Below, one piece after another: positions 39,888-50,704 of a stretch of 64,000 nucleotides of DNA. Origin of the DNA: Magnetospirillum sp. WYHS-4 (GTDB lineage Bacteria; Pseudomonadota; Alphaproteobacteria; Rhodospirillales; GLO-3); contig JAMOBD010000005.1 of assembly GCA_039908345.1 (NCBI GenBank), positions 14,273 to 78,272 of the forward strand, written 5' to 3'. The stretch's first letter is position 1; every line of letters begins with the position of its first letter. Under the pieces are notes generated by a model. The model did not search any database, had not been told where the DNA came from, and saw only the letters and a list, made by a program, of their open reading frames with translations. A program made the position numbers and the translations under genes.

Positions 39888-41678
39888 TCAGTAGACCCGC
39901 TTCTTGGGCGGGATGTACTGGACTTCGTCGGTCAGCGTGTAGGTATGGACCGGGCGGTAGCCGAGGCTGACCTTGCCGGCATCGTCGAACCAGGCGAGCG
40001 AGTGCTTCATCCAGTTCGCATCGTCACGATCGGGGAAGTCCTCGTGGGCATGCGCCCCGCGGCTTTCCTTGCGCGCCTCGGCCGAATGCAGGGTGGCGCG
40101 GGCGCAAAGCATCAGGTTCTCCAACTCCAACGCCTCCACCAGATCCGAGTTCCACACCAGTGTGCGGTCGGAAAGCCGGATGTCGGCCAGTTGGGCGTTG
40201 ACCGCCTCGATGTTCTCCAGCCCCTCCTTGAGGGTCTGCGAGGTGCGGAAGACGGCGGCGTCGCGCTGCATGGTCCGCTGCATGGCCAGGCGGATCTGTG
40301 CCGTGGGCCGCGCCCCCTGGGCATGGCGCAGCCGGTCCAGGCGGCCCAGCGCCTTGTCCGCCGAATCCTTGGGCAGGGGCTTGTGGACGGCGCGCTTCTT
40401 GATGGTTTCCTCGCAGCGCAACGCGGCGGCGCGGCCGAAGACCACGATATCGAGCAGCGAGTTGGTGCCCAGCCGGTTGGCCCCGTGCACCGACACGCAG
40501 GCGCATTCGCCGATGGCCATCAGGCCCTCGCAGACCGCGTCCGGATCGGTGGCAGTGGGGCGCAGCACCTCGCCGTGGTAGTTGGTGGGAATGCCGCCCA
40601 TGTTGTAGTGCACGGTCGGCAGCACCGGGATGGGCTCGCGGGTGGCATCCACGCCGGCGAAGATCTTGGCCGATTCCGTGATGCCCGGCAGACGCAGGTG
40701 CAAGAGGTCGGCGCCCAGGTGCTCCAGGTGCAGGTAGATGAAGTCGTTGTCCTTGCCGCAGCCCCGGCCCTCGCGGATTTCCACCGTCATGGCGCGGCTG
40801 ACCACGTCGCGGCTGGCCAGGTCCTTGGCGCTGGGGGCGTAGCGTTCCATGAAGCGTTCGTCCGCCGAATTGGTCAGGTAGCCGCCCTCGCCGCGGGCGC
40901 CTTCGGTGACCAGGCAGCCGGAACCGTAGATGCCCGTGGGATGGAACTGCACGAACTCGTGATCCTGCAACGGCAGGCCGGCGCGGGCCGCCATGCCGTT
41001 GCCGTCGCCCGTGCAGGTGTGCGCCGAGGTGCAGGAGAAATAGGCCCGCCCGTAGCCGCCGGTCGCCAGGACCGTGCGATGGGCGGAAAAGCGGTGGATG
41101 GTGCCGTCGTCCAGGCACCAGGCGACGACGCCCCGGCAGGCGCCCTGGGCATCCACGATCAGGTCGAGCACGATGTATTCGACGAAGAATTCCACGTCGT
41201 GCTTCAGGCACTGCTGGTAGAGCGTGTGCAGGATGGCGTGGCCGGTCCGGTCGGCGGCGGCGCAGGCGCGCTGCACCGGCGCCTCGCCGAAGTTGCGCAT
41301 GTGGCCGCCGAAGGGACGCTGGTAGATGCGGCCCTCGTCGGTACGCGAAAACGGCACGCCGAAGTGCTCCAACTCGTAGACCGCCGGGATGGCGTTGCGG
41401 CACATGTATTCGATGGCGTCCTGGTCGCCCAGCCAGTCCGACCCCTTGACGGTGTCGTACATGTGCCATTCCCAATGGTCTTCCGCCATGTTGCCGAGCG
41501 CCGCGCCGACGCCGCCCTGGGCGGCGACCGTATGGCTGCGGGTGGGAAAGACCTTGGTCAGGCAGGCGGTCTTGAGCCCCGAGGCGGTCATGCCCAGGGC
41601 GGCCCGCAGGCCGGCGCCGCCGGCGCCGATCACGATCACGTCGTACTGATGGTCCAGGATGCGATAGGCGGTCGTCAT
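39888..41678 (-). CDS. sdhA: Succinate dehydrogenase flavoprotein subunit
   Basis: [14 protein letters not shown]. Covalent-FAD His in [19 protein letters not shown]. Confidence 0.95.
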   Translation of the reverse strand: MTTAYRILDHQYDVIVIGAGGAGLRAALGMTASGLKTACLTKVFPTRSHTVAAQGGVGAALGNMAEDHWEWHMYDTVKGSDWLGDQDAIEYMCRNAIPAVYELEHFGVPFSRTDEGRIYQRPFGGHMRNFGEAPVQRACAAADRTGHAILHTLYQQCLKHDVEFFVEYIVLDLIVDAQGACRGVVAWCLDDGTIHRFSAHRTVLATGGYGRAYFSCTSAHTCTGDGNGMAARAGLPLQDHEFVQFHPTGIYGSGCLVTEGARGEGGYLTNSADERFMERYAPSAKDLASRDVVSRAMTVEIREGRGCGKDNDFIYLHLEHLGADLLHLRLPGITESAKIFAGVDATREPIPVLPTVHYNMGGIPTNYHGEVLRPTATDPDAVCEGLMAIGECACVSVHGANRLGTNSLLDIVVFGRAAALRCEETIKKRAVHKPLPKDSADKALGRLDRLRHAQGARPTAQIRLAMQRTMQRDAAVFRTSQTLKEGLENIEAVNAQLADIRLSDRTLVWNSDLVEALELENLMLCARATLHSAEARKESRGAHAHEDFPDRDDANWMKHSLAWFDDAGKVSLGYRPVHTYTLTDEVQYIPPKKRVY

Positions 41679-41684
41679 GGCCGA

Positions 41685-42065
41685 TCAGACTCCGGCATAG
41701 AGGCGGAACACGGCCATCAGGCTGGAAATGCCCGCGACCCACATGATGAACTTCAACGCGATGGCCAGGACGGTGCGCGCCGGCTCCGCGTGGACGTAGT
41801 CCTCGAGGATGGCCCGCATGCCCTGCCAAGCGTGGGGATACATGGTGACGATCAGCAACACCATCATCAGCGCGTTGCCGTGGTGCCGGATCCAGACCTT
41901 GAAGGCGGCATGGTCCGCGCCCACCAGCGAGATCAGCGCGTAGACGAACCAGACGGTCAGCGGCACCAAGGCGATGCTGCGCAGGCGCTGGGTGCGCCAG
42001 TGCTGCACGCCTTCCTTGGCCGAGCCCAGGCCCTGGATGCGGTTGAGGGAGGGTTGCGTCTTCAT
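41685..42065 (-). CDS. sdhD: Succinate dehydrogenase membrane anchor subunit
   Basis: 126 aa with 3 TM segments. Located between sdhC and sdhA. Confidence 0.85.
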   Translation of the reverse strand: MKTQPSLNRIQGLGSAKEGVQHWRTQRLRSIALVPLTVWFVYALISLVGADHAAFKVWIRHHGNALMMVLLIVTMYPHAWQGMRAILEDYVHAEPARTVLAIALKFIMWVAGISSLMAVFRLYAGV

Positions 42066-42460
42066 TTGTGGCCTCCCGCGACCGCATAGGCGACGATCCA
42101 GGCCAGCAGGGTCAGCACCAGGGAAGCGGCCACCACCATGCCCCCGGTGGCCCGGAGCTGCTTCAACTCGAACCCCCAGCCGTAATCCCAGGCGATGTGC
42201 CGGACACCGTTGGACAGGTGGTAGAACAGGCAGAAGGTCCAGCCGAACAGGATCAACCGCCCGAACCAGGAAGCCAGGAAGACCTGGGTGCGGTTGAAGG
42301 CCTCGGGCCCATAGACCGCGGCGGCCAGCCAGTAGGTGAAGGCAAGGGCCCCGATCCAGAGAGCGGCGCCGGTCAGGCGATGCAGGATGGACAACACCGA
42401 AGTGATCTGCGGCCGGTAGATCTGCAGATGCGGCGACAGCGGCCGGTTGCGAGTGTTCAT
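42062..42460 (-). CDS. sdhC: Succinate dehydrogenase cytochrome b556 subunit
   Basis: RPLSPHLQIYRPQITSVLSILHRLTG. Start taken at MNTRNRP (42460). Confidence 0.9.
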   Translation of the reverse strand: MNTRNRPLSPHLQIYRPQITSVLSILHRLTGAALWIGALAFTYWLAAAVYGPEAFNRTQVFLASWFGRLILFGWTFCLFYHLSNGVRHIAWDYGWGFELKQLRATGGMVVAASLVLTLLAWIVAYAVAGGHK

Positions 42461-43095
42461 GCCGAGAGCCTTTCGACTGCCGGGCGGCTGGAGTGGCACG
42501 CCCTTTCTTCCCGTCGCTCCGGTTTAGACGGATGGTCGGCGCAAGTCAATCTTCGCGCCTGCGAAATCAAGTATCGATACATCTGTGTATTAGCATTTTC
42601 TAATCGATGGCCAGAGCGAATCCTTCAGCATTACTGAAACATCGTCAAATCGTCCCGGAACGGCCGCCAATGCTGTGGATAACTTCCCGCCGACGGGGTC
42701 GAATCGGGAGAAGTTATTCACAAGAAACTGCGATGCGGGACAATTCGGCGGTTGCCGCGCGGCACCGGCTTTCGTCATCATCGGGACGGAACGCGGAAGT
42801 GTCTTCGGGTGCGAGTTCTCAGGGACTCGTGCCCCGGCAGGCGGCCGGGAAAGCGTATCGCGACGGCGACGTCCCGAGAGGCGGCACCGGCCCCCGGCGG
42901 AAGATTCCGGACCCCGCAAGGATTCGGATCGTCCGTTCTTCGGGATCGGCGTCCGGCCGCCCGGGCATCGGGTGGGCGGGGCGCGGATCGGCAAGCCGCC
43001 GGATCGGGGCGTTTCTCTGCCCAGGGTTCCCCCGGGGGCGGCGACGGAGGCCAAGGCTATTTCGTGGGCGCGGAGCCCGGCCGGCTCCGACATGA

Positions 43096-43158
43096 GGCGC
43101 CAGGGCGGGATGGCAGCGTCCCGCAGCGCGGTTTCCGAGAAGCCGCGCGCCTGGCGCC
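43096..43158. other. 63-nt Y-shaped stem-loop element (outer 9-bp stem enclosing two 6-bp hairpins) in a long ORF-free gap
   Basis: Read directly from the sequence. The outer stem is ggcgccagg (43096-43104) / cctggcgcc (43150-43158). The inner hairpins are gcggga-N8-tcccgc (43105-43124) and gcgcgg-N11-ccgcgc (43126-43148). The strand is unknown. Confidence 0.4.
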
Positions 43159-43252
43159 TCGTTCCCCCCCTTCCCAGCAACCATCCGCCAGTAGCCTTCC
43201 GCCCCCGATTCTGGCATGATGGATGGACTAGAATCGGAATCAGGAGGTCAGA

Positions 43253-43975
43253 ATGACCGATGCCGTATCCGGGAACCGTTCATCCGGTTCCGCCGTCCTG
43301 GCGGCCGCCGAGGCCCGTAAGCGCGGCAAGCAACCCGATCCGAAGCGTTTCGGGGCTGCCACCCTTCCCATCGTCGAAAAGATCGAAACCGGCATGATCG
43401 CCGCCCGTGAACAGGCGCGCGCCCTGGAAAAGGACCTGATCCGCCAGAAGGGCGCCTACGGACACAAGCAGTTGGGGGACATGGACAAACTGATGTCCAC
43501 CTACCTGCTGCTGTCGGGAATGATGGCGGCGCGCGGCGACGCCAAGGGGGCCGCCCGCCTGGCCGCACAAGCGGAAAAGATGCTCGCCCGGGCCCCCGAG
43601 GCGGCGGCCAACGCCCGCAAGGCCCTGGACATCGATATGGCCGAAGCCGATCCCGGCGAACGAGCCCAGGCGCTGGACAAGCTGCGATCCCTGGTCAACG
43701 GCTTGTCGGCCAAGTTGCGGACCCTGGCGGCCCAGGTGGAACAGGCTTCCCGGCTACGGGGCGACGACGAGGACCGCAAGACCCTGGCCGAAGCCGCGAA
43801 ACGCCTGAAGGAGACCGCCGAAAAGCTGGAAGAGGCGATCGAGGACAAGGACGAGGAAGAGGCTCCCGACAACGTGGCGAAATTGCTGGATACGAGGGCC
43901 GCCGAGCGGACCGACGCCGTTCTCGCCGCCCACGCCCCGGTCGCGGAACCCGCCATCGTCGCCACCGAAGTCTGA
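43253..43975 (+). CDS. Hypothetical alpha-helical A/E/K/R-rich protein
   Basis: 240 aa. AGGAGG lies 7 nt upstream of ATG 43253. I did not recognise a family. Confidence 0.55.
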   Translation: MTDAVSGNRSSGSAVLAAAEARKRGKQPDPKRFGAATLPIVEKIETGMIAAREQARALEKDLIRQKGAYGHKQLGDMDKLMSTYLLLSGMMAARGDAKGAARLAAQAEKMLARAPEAAANARKALDIDMAEADPGERAQALDKLRSLVNGLSAKLRTLAAQVEQASRLRGDDEDRKTLAEAAKRLKETAEKLEEAIEDKDEEEAPDNVAKLLDTRAAERTDAVLAAHAPVAEPAIVATEV

Positions 43976-44044
43976 TCCGCTCTGGCATCCGGCCCCGAAG
44001 CGCAGTAAGAATTCCCCTTCCGAAGGAAACCGGGGAAGGGACCG

Positions 44045-45418
44045 ATGGCTCTCCATCGCATGCTGTTGAGGCGCGCCGCCGAAAGCCGGCCCATCCGCGT
44101 CGGCCTGATTGGGGCCGGCCAGTTGGGGGCGGCCTTCCTCGCCCAGGCCCTGCGCGCGCCGGGGCTCCACGTCATGGCGGTGGCCGACCGCTCGGTCGAG
44201 CAGGCCTGGTCGGGCTGCATGGCCGCCGGCTGGGAGGCGGAACGGTGCGCCGCCACCTCCTTCGCCAAGGCCCAGGCCCAAGGCTCCACCTTCCTGACCG
44301 ACGACGCCGAAGCCCTGATCAACGCCGGCGGCATCGAATTGATCGTCGAAGCCACTGCCCAGGCGGCCGCGGGCATCCGCCATGCCCTGGCCGCCTTCCG
44401 GCGCGGTCGCCACGTGGTGATGGCGAATCTGCAGGCCGATGCCCTGGCCGGGCCTTTGCTTGCCCGGCGCGCCGGTCAGGCACGGACCGTCTACACCCTG
44501 GCCTACGGCGGCGTCCCCGCCAGCCTGGGCGAGATGGTCGACTGGGCGCGGGCTTGCGGCTTTCCCGTCGTCGCGGCGGGACGCGGCACCGCCTATTGGC
44601 CCGATCGCCGCAAGGTCGATCCGGCCACCGCCTGGAACGAACTGGGCCTGACCGCCGAGGAGGCCTCCACCCGCCACCTGAGCCTGTCCACCGCGGTCTC
44701 CGCCCTGGACGGCACTCAGGCCGCCCTCGAAATGGCCTGCTCCGCCAACGCCGTTGGCTTGGACGTGGCGCCGTCCGACCTGGCCTACCTGCCCTGCGCG
44801 ATGGCGGATCTGCCGGTGCGACTGCTGCCCAAGGACGCGGGCGGCATGCTCGACGCCGCCGGACGGGTGGTTGCCGTTTCGGGCCGCGACGTGACGGGCC
44901 AGCTCCTGCCGGGCGGCCTGGGCGATGGCACCTTCCTGGTTCTCGAAGCCTCGTCCAAGGGGGCGGGAGCGGCCTTCTCCGGCTGCGGGCTGGCGGTGGC
45001 CCCCGACGGGCGGCATGCGGCGCTTTGGCGGCCTTGCCGTCTGCCCGGCGCCGAGATTGCCATCAGCGTTGCTTCGGCGGTGCTGCGCGGCGAGGCGACC
45101 GGCACTCCGGGCGAATTCCGTGCCGAGGTGACGACCTTCGCCAAGCGCGGCCTGGACGCCGGCGAAACCCTGGACGGAGAGGGTGGACGTTGCGTCTACG
45201 GCCGGGCGATGGCGGCCGGCGAGGCCCTGGCGCGCGGTTATCTGCCGTTGGGCTTGGCTGCCGGGGCGCGCCTGAAGACCCATATCGCGGTGGACCATCC
45301 CATCCGCTGGTTCGACGTGGACGTCGATCCTCAAGGCGACATCGCCGACATCCTGTCCTTCCGCCACGAGATGGAAAAACAGTTCGCCGGCCGGACCGCC
45401 AACACCGCCGCCGTCTGA
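44045..45418 (+). CDS. NAD(P)-binding homoserine-dehydrogenase-like oxidoreductase with C-terminal SAF domain (COG4091-like)
   Basis: N-terminal Rossmann IRVGLIGAGQLG. C-terminal GETLDGEGG..VYG and LPLGLA..ARL...I are typical of a SAF domain. Confidence 0.6.
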   Translation: MALHRMLLRRAAESRPIRVGLIGAGQLGAAFLAQALRAPGLHVMAVADRSVEQAWSGCMAAGWEAERCAATSFAKAQAQGSTFLTDDAEALINAGGIELIVEATAQAAAGIRHALAAFRRGRHVVMANLQADALAGPLLARRAGQARTVYTLAYGGVPASLGEMVDWARACGFPVVAAGRGTAYWPDRRKVDPATAWNELGLTAEEASTRHLSLSTAVSALDGTQAALEMACSANAVGLDVAPSDLAYLPCAMADLPVRLLPKDAGGMLDAAGRVVAVSGRDVTGQLLPGGLGDGTFLVLEASSKGAGAAFSGCGLAVAPDGRHAALWRPCRLPGAEIAISVASAVLRGEATGTPGEFRAEVTTFAKRGLDAGETLDGEGGRCVYGRAMAAGEALARGYLPLGLAAGARLKTHIAVDHPIRWFDVDVDPQGDIADILSFRHEMEKQFAGRTANTAAV

Positions 45419-45463
45419 TTGCCCACCTTTACAGGTGGGAAAGCGCCCCTTAACCTTCTAGCC

Positions 45464-46588
45464 ATGTCGGAAGGACCGCTTGCCGAATACCGGGCGAAGC
45501 TGGCGGCGGGGGAAATCTCGCCCGACCCGGCACAGGCCCTGGCGGTCGAGAAGCTGCAAAGCCTGCATCTGGCGCTCAAGGCCTACGAGCCGGCGGCGGG
45601 GCTGGCGGCCTGGAAGGCCCGCTTCGGCTTGGCCCGCCGCCGCGAGGCGCCGCCGCAGGGTCTCTACCTCTATGGCGGGGTCGGACGCGGCAAGTCCATG
45701 CTGATGGACGTGTTTTTCCGAGAAGCCCCCGTGGCCCGCAAGCGCCGGGTGCACTTCCACGCCTTCATGCAGCAGGTCCACGCCCGCCTGGGCGAATACC
45801 GCAAGTTCAAGGGACGCGAAGCGGGCGATCCCATCCCGCCCATCGCCCGGCGCCTGGCCGACGAGGCTTGGCTGCTCTGCTTCGACGAGTTGCAGGTGAA
45901 CGACATCGCCGATGCCATGATATTGGGCCGGCTGTTCCAGCATCTGTTCGAGGCCGGGGTGGTGATGGTGACCACGTCCAACCGGCCGCCGCGCGACCTC
46001 TACAAGGACGGACTGCAGCGCGAACTGTTCCTGCCCTTCATCGGAATGATCGAGGAGCGGCTGGACCTGCTTCATCTGGACGGCGGCCGCGACTGGCGGG
46101 TGGACCGCCTCACCCACATGGACGTCTACCGGACGCCCCACGACCACGAGGCCGACCGGGCCCTGGGGCTCGCCTTCCAGCGCCTGACCAACGGGGCGGA
46201 CGCGACGGCCGACAGCTTCATGGTGAACGGCCGCAAGGTGACCTTGCCCTTGGCCGCCGACGGGGTGGCGCTGGCCTCCTTTTCCGATCTCTGCGCCCAG
46301 CCCTTGGGCCCGGCCGACTACCTGGAGATCGCCCGGCGTTACCACACCCTGGTGCTGGCCGCGATTCCGCGGATGGGGCCCGAGATGCGCGACCAGGCCA
46401 AACGCTTCGTGACCCTGATCGACGCCCTGTACGAGGCCAAGGCCACCCTGATCTGTTCCGCCGCCGCCCCGCCGGAGGCCCTGTATCCGGCCGGTGACGG
46501 CAGCTTCGAATTCCACCGCACCGCATCCCGGCTGATGGAAATGCGGTCGGTGGAGTATGTGGGGAATGGACGTCAGGCGACTAACTGA
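45464..46588 (+). CDS. zapE: AFG1-family ATPase ZapE
   Basis: Walker A LYLYGGVGRGKSMLMD and Walker B LLCFDELQV. Confidence 0.9.
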   Translation: MSEGPLAEYRAKLAAGEISPDPAQALAVEKLQSLHLALKAYEPAAGLAAWKARFGLARRREAPPQGLYLYGGVGRGKSMLMDVFFREAPVARKRRVHFHAFMQQVHARLGEYRKFKGREAGDPIPPIARRLADEAWLLCFDELQVNDIADAMILGRLFQHLFEAGVVMVTTSNRPPRDLYKDGLQRELFLPFIGMIEERLDLLHLDGGRDWRVDRLTHMDVYRTPHDHEADRALGLAFQRLTNGADATADSFMVNGRKVTLPLAADGVALASFSDLCAQPLGPADYLEIARRYHTLVLAAIPRMGPEMRDQAKRFVTLIDALYEAKATLICSAAAPPEALYPAGDGSFEFHRTASRLMEMRSVEYVGNGRQATN

Positions 46589-46605
46589 AAGACACGGAAT
46601 AGATT

Positions 46606-47616
46606 CTACAAGACGGCCTGGCTGCGGAATTCCGTGGCCGCCGCATCCAGCTTGCGGAACAGCTTGTAGAGCCGCGAGCAGGTTTCATGCCCGTGGCGTT
46701 GCGCCAGTTCTTGCGCCCCGGCGTCGGTGTTGAGGGTCGCCTTGAGGCCGCCCAGCAGCCCTTCCACCAAGGTAAAGAACGAGACCTCGGTCATCGTCCA
46801 GCGGGCGACGGGCGAATTCGCATCGCCCTCGTAGGGGCTCAGGTGGGTATTGACCAGATTGATCAGCCAATCGGCGCGCTTGCGCAGGTCCTCGAAATAG
46901 GGAGCGATGGCGACCTGGGCTTCCAGGACCAGCGCCTTGGTTTCCGGATCGTCGTAGACGTTCTGCCAGTCGAACTCGTCATTGCGGCCCGATTTATGGC
47001 GCGCCACGATCTTGCGGCAGCGCTCCTGGCACTGGTCCATGGCCTCGGGCCCCAGCATCATGCCGAGCGCCATGAAGAAGCCGGGAAGGATGCGCCGCGA
47101 CAGGGCGTCCGGGTCGTTGATAAGCTTGGGGCCGTCGGCGAAGCTCCCGGCGAAGGTCTGGACGATCACCCGGTCGAAGGGATATTGCCGGGTCTGCTGC
47201 CAGGCCGCCCGTTCGCGCGCCTTGACGTAGTCCTCGAAGGATTTCTCGAAGACGGTCTGGAGCACCGCCGTCTTCTTCTCGAATTCCTGGGTCAGGCCCT
47301 GGATGTCGTCCACCGACAGCATGCCGCCCTTGCGCTTGGCCTCGGACACCAGCCGATCCAGCAGGGACGAGACCACGGTCTCGGCGATGGCGCGGCTCTG
47401 GGCCGCGGGGGACAGGGACTGGGCCGGCTTGGCCGCTGGCTTCGGCGTCGGAACCGGAACCGGCTTCGGTTCATCCTTCCCGCCCTTGCCGCCGTGGCCC
47501 TGGAAGGCGAACTTGCCGCCCTGGGTGGGCTGGTAGATTTCCGCGCGGTCGGGTTCCGCCGGCCTGATCTTGCCGGTCCAGACGACCTGACTCTCTCCGC
47601 CTCCACCCTTTGCCAT
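46606..47616 (-). CDS. Hypothetical protein (G/K-rich N-terminus, P/K/A linker, ~250-aa helical C-terminal domain)
   Basis: 336 aa from MAKGGGG. An alternative start MAVNVG lies at 47682. Divergent from nadE. I did not recognise a family. Confidence 0.55.
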   Translation of the reverse strand: MAKGGGGESQVVWTGKIRPAEPDRAEIYQPTQGGKFAFQGHGGKGGKDEPKPVPVPTPKPAAKPAQSLSPAAQSRAIAETVVSSLLDRLVSEAKRKGGMLSVDDIQGLTQEFEKKTAVLQTVFEKSFEDYVKARERAAWQQTRQYPFDRVIVQTFAGSFADGPKLINDPDALSRRILPGFFMALGMMLGPEAMDQCQERCRKIVARHKSGRNDEFDWQNVYDDPETKALVLEAQVAIAPYFEDLRKRADWLINLVNTHLSPYEGDANSPVARWTMTEVSFFTLVEGLLGGLKATLNTDAGAQELAQRHGHETCSRLYKLFRKLDAAATEFRSQAVL

Positions 47617-47706
47617 GGTCAGAGAATAGTGATTCGCCGGGCCGCGTTCCACCGCTTTTCGCAAGCCCACGTTGACAGCCATCGGAGCCCTTTCTAGGCT
47701 GCCGAC

Positions 47707-49362
47707 ATGACCGACACCCTGGCGATCGCTTTGGCGCAGATGGACCCCACGGTCGGCGACGTGGCCGGCAACGCGCGACGCATCCTCGACATGCGGGCGG
47801 AGGCAGGCCGGCAAGGCGCCGATCTGGCCGTGTTCGGAGAGCTGGCGATCACCGGGTATCCTCCCGACGACCTGATCCTCAAGGGCGCCTTCCAGCGCGC
47901 GGTGGAGGCCCAGGTGGCCGAACTGGCCCAGGCCACCCGGGACGGCGGCCCGGCGCTGCTGATCGGTGCGCCCTGGCTGGCCGTCGATCACCTCTACAAC
48001 GCCGCCCTGCTGCTGGATGGCGGCGACATCGCGGCGATTCGCTTCAAACACGAACTGCCCAACTACGGCGTCTTCGACGAGGTGCGCCTGTTCGCCCCCG
48101 GCCCGCTGCCCGAGCCCATCGCCTTTCGCGGCATGAACCTGGGCGTCATGATCTGCGAGGACATGTGGAAGCCGGCCGTCGTCGACCATCTGGGCGCGGC
48201 CGGGGCCGATCTGCTGGCGGTGCTCAACGGCTCGCCCTTCGAAGCCGGGAAGGGAGACACCCGCTTAGGCGTGGCACGCGAGCGCCAAGCCGCGGTGCCG
48301 CGCCCGCTCGTCTATGTCAACCTGGTGGGCGGGCAGGACGAACTGGTCTTCGACGGCGGCTCCTTCGCCCTTTCCGCCGACGGAACCCCGGTGGCCCGCC
48401 TGGATACCTGGACGGAAGAGGTGGCGCTCACCCGGTGGCGCCGCGAGGTCCGGGGCTGGACCTGCGTCGAGGCGCCGCTGGCTCCCGAGCCCGCCCCCTT
48501 GGAGAACATCTACCGGGCCGTGATGACCGGCCTGAAGGACTACGTGGGCAAGAACCGCTTCAAGGGCGTGCTGATCGGCCTGTCGGGCGGCATCGACAGC
48601 GCACTCGTCGCCGCCCTGGCGGTGGACGCCCTGGGGGCGGACAAGGTGCACTGCGTGATGATGCCGTCCCGCTACACGTCGCGGGAAAGCCTGGAAGACG
48701 CGGCGGAAGTCGCCCGCCTGCTGGGCATCCGGCTGGATACCATCGGCATCGAACCGGCGGTGGGGGCTTTCGGCGGCATGCTGGAAAGCATCTTCGCCGG
48801 CCAGGCCCCCGACACCACGGAAGAAAACATCCAGGCCCGCGCCCGGGGCCTCACCCTGATGGCGATTTCCAACAAGTTCGGGCTGATGGTGATCTCCACC
48901 GGCAACAAGTCGGAGATGTCGGTGGGCTACGCCACCCTTTACGGCGACATGTGCGGCGGCTTCGCGGCCCTGAAGGATCTGTACAAGACCACGGTCTTCG
49001 CCTTGTCGCGCTGGCGCAACGCCCACCGGCCGAAAGGCGCCCTGGGCCCCGGGGGGCCGGTCATGCCGGACCGGGTGATCGTCAAGCCGCCCACCGCCGA
49101 GTTGAAGGCCAACCAGACCGACCAGGACAGCCTGCCGCCCTACGACGTGCTGGACGACATCCTGGAATGCCTGATCGAGGACGAGATGTCCCAGGCCGAG
49201 ATCGTGGGACGCGGCCACGATCCGGAAACCGTGCGCCGGGTCTGGCGCCTGGTGGATGGAGCCGAATACAAGCGCCGCCAAGCCCCGCCGGGAGTCAAGA
49301 TCACCCGCCGTTCCTTCGGCCGCGACCGCCGTTACCCGATCACCAATGCTTTCCGGGGGTAG
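47707..49362 (+). CDS. nadE: Glutamine-dependent NAD+ synthetase
   Basis: N-terminal CN-hydrolase domain ([17 protein letters not shown]) plus PP-loop [11 protein letters not shown]. Confidence 0.95.
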   Translation: MTDTLAIALAQMDPTVGDVAGNARRILDMRAEAGRQGADLAVFGELAITGYPPDDLILKGAFQRAVEAQVAELAQATRDGGPALLIGAPWLAVDHLYNAALLLDGGDIAAIRFKHELPNYGVFDEVRLFAPGPLPEPIAFRGMNLGVMICEDMWKPAVVDHLGAAGADLLAVLNGSPFEAGKGDTRLGVARERQAAVPRPLVYVNLVGGQDELVFDGGSFALSADGTPVARLDTWTEEVALTRWRREVRGWTCVEAPLAPEPAPLENIYRAVMTGLKDYVGKNRFKGVLIGLSGGIDSALVAALAVDALGADKVHCVMMPSRYTSRESLEDAAEVARLLGIRLDTIGIEPAVGAFGGMLESIFAGQAPDTTEENIQARARGLTLMAISNKFGLMVISTGNKSEMSVGYATLYGDMCGGFAALKDLYKTTVFALSRWRNAHRPKGALGPGGPVMPDRVIVKPPTAELKANQTDQDSLPPYDVLDDILECLIEDEMSQAEIVGRGHDPETVRRVWRLVDGAEYKRRQAPPGVKITRRSFGRDRRYPITNAFRG

Positions 49363-49363
49363 A

Positions 49364-50704
49364 ATGTTCGTTACCGTCCGTTTCGCGCCCAGCCCTACCG
49401 GATTTTTGCATGTGGGCAATGCCCGGGTGGCGCTGGTCAACTGGCTGTTCGCCCGCCGCTCGGGCGGCCGCTTCCTGTTGCGCCTGGACGATACCGACAC
49501 GGAGCGTTCGCGCCCGGAGTTCGCCGAGGCCATCCGCCGCGACCTGCGCTGGCTGGGCCTCGACTGGGATGCCGAGGAACGCCAGTCCGACCGCCTGGAG
49601 CGCTACCGGATCGCCACGGAAACCCTGAAGGCCCAGGGCCGCCTCTATCCCTGCTACGAGACGCCCCAGGAACTGGAATTCCGCCGCAAGCGGCAGTTGG
49701 CCCGCCACCAGCCGCCGGTCTACGACCGCGCCGCTCTCGGGCTGACCGAAGACCAGCGCCGCGCCTTGGAGGCGGAAGGCCGCCGGCCCCATTGGCGCTT
49801 CAGGCTGGACGACGCGGACATCGCCTGGACCGATCTGGTGCGCGGACCCGTCCATTTCCAGGGCGGCCACCTGAGCGACCCGGTGGTGATCCGCGAGGAC
49901 GGTACTTTCCTCTACATGCTGCCCTCGGTCGTCGATGACGTCGACATGCGGGTCAGCCATGTGATCCGGGGCGAGGACCATGTGGCGAACACCGCCGTGC
50001 AGGTCCAGATGTTCGAAGCCCTGGGCACCCCGCCGCCCACCTTCGCCCATCTGCCCCTGATGACCGATATCGGTGGCGAGGGACTGTCCAAGCGCTTGGG
50101 CAGCCTGAGCCTGGCGGACCTGCGGGAGCAAGGCGTCGAGGCCCTGGCCCTGGCCAGCTATCTGGCCCACCTGGGGACCTCGGACGCCATCGAGCCGCAA
50201 ACGACTCATGAAGCCCTGATCGCCGGCTTCGAACTGTCCCATTGCGGCCGCGCCTCGCCCAAGTTCGATGCCGAACAGCTCTGGCGGCTCAACGAAAAGC
50301 TCTTGCACGCCCTGCCTTTCACGACGGTCGCGCCCCGGCTGGCGGCCCTCGGGCTGGCGCCGGCGGAGGAAGTCTTCTGGGAGGCGGTGCGCCCCAACCT
50401 GCGCCGCCTGGCCGATGCCGCGCCATGGCACGGCGTCTGCTACGGCGAGGCGACTTTCGCCGTCCTGGACCAAGCCCCATTGAAAGAGGCCATCGCCCTG
50501 CTGCCGCCCGAACCCTGGAGTCAGGAGACTTGGAAGGCCTGGACCCAAGCGGTGAGCGCGGCCACGGGCCGCAAGGGCAAGGCCCTGTTCCTGCCGCTGC
50601 GCCAAGCCCTGACCGGGCAGGATCATGGACCGGAACTCAAGGCTCTGCTACCTGTCATCGGTCGCGACCGCGCGCTCGCGCGCCTGACCGCCTCGGGGGG
50701 ATGA
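49364..50704 (+). CDS. gltX: Glutamate-tRNA ligase
   Basis: [16 protein letters not shown] (HIGH variant), RLDDTD and a GLSKR (KMSKS-type) loop. Confidence 0.9.
   Translation: MFVTVRFAPSPTGFLHVGNARVALVNWLFARRSGGRFLLRLDDTDTERSRPEFAEAIRRDLRWLGLDWDAEERQSDRLERYRIATETLKAQGRLYPCYETPQELEFRRKRQLARHQPPVYDRAALGLTEDQRRALEAEGRRPHWRFRLDDADIAWTDLVRGPVHFQGGHLSDPVVIREDGTFLYMLPSVVDDVDMRVSHVIRGEDHVANTAVQVQMFEALGTPPPTFAHLPLMTDIGGEGLSKRLGSLSLADLREQGVEALALASYLAHLGTSDAIEPQTTHEALIAGFELSHCGRASPKFDAEQLWRLNEKLLHALPFTTVAPRLAALGLAPAEEVFWEAVRPNLRRLADAAPWHGVCYGEATFAVLDQAPLKEAIALLPPEPWSQETWKAWTQAVSAATGRKGKALFLPLRQALTGQDHGPELKALLPVIGRDRALARLTASGG

Noticed and set aside
39945-42089. 714-aa plus-strand ORF and 687-aa minus-strand alternative-frame ORF (40024-42087) spanning sdhA and sdhD.
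   Set aside because: Both overlap the clearly identified sdhA and sdhD frames. Both have R/G/P/A-dominated low-information translations.
42494-42508. TGGCAC resembling the -24 element of a sigma-54 promoter.
   Set aside because: The expected -12 TTGC(A/T) element is missing; TTCT is found instead. No plus-strand gene follows within ~750 nt.
42590-43256. Four ORFs of 155-196 aa in the sdhC-upstream gap.
   Set aside because: I found no protein-like sequence features in the translations I inspected. In the 14 codons I sampled from the 42675 ORF, third-position G/C was only moderate (8 of 14), and the frames mutually overlap. I treated the region as non-coding and flagged it as a finding instead.
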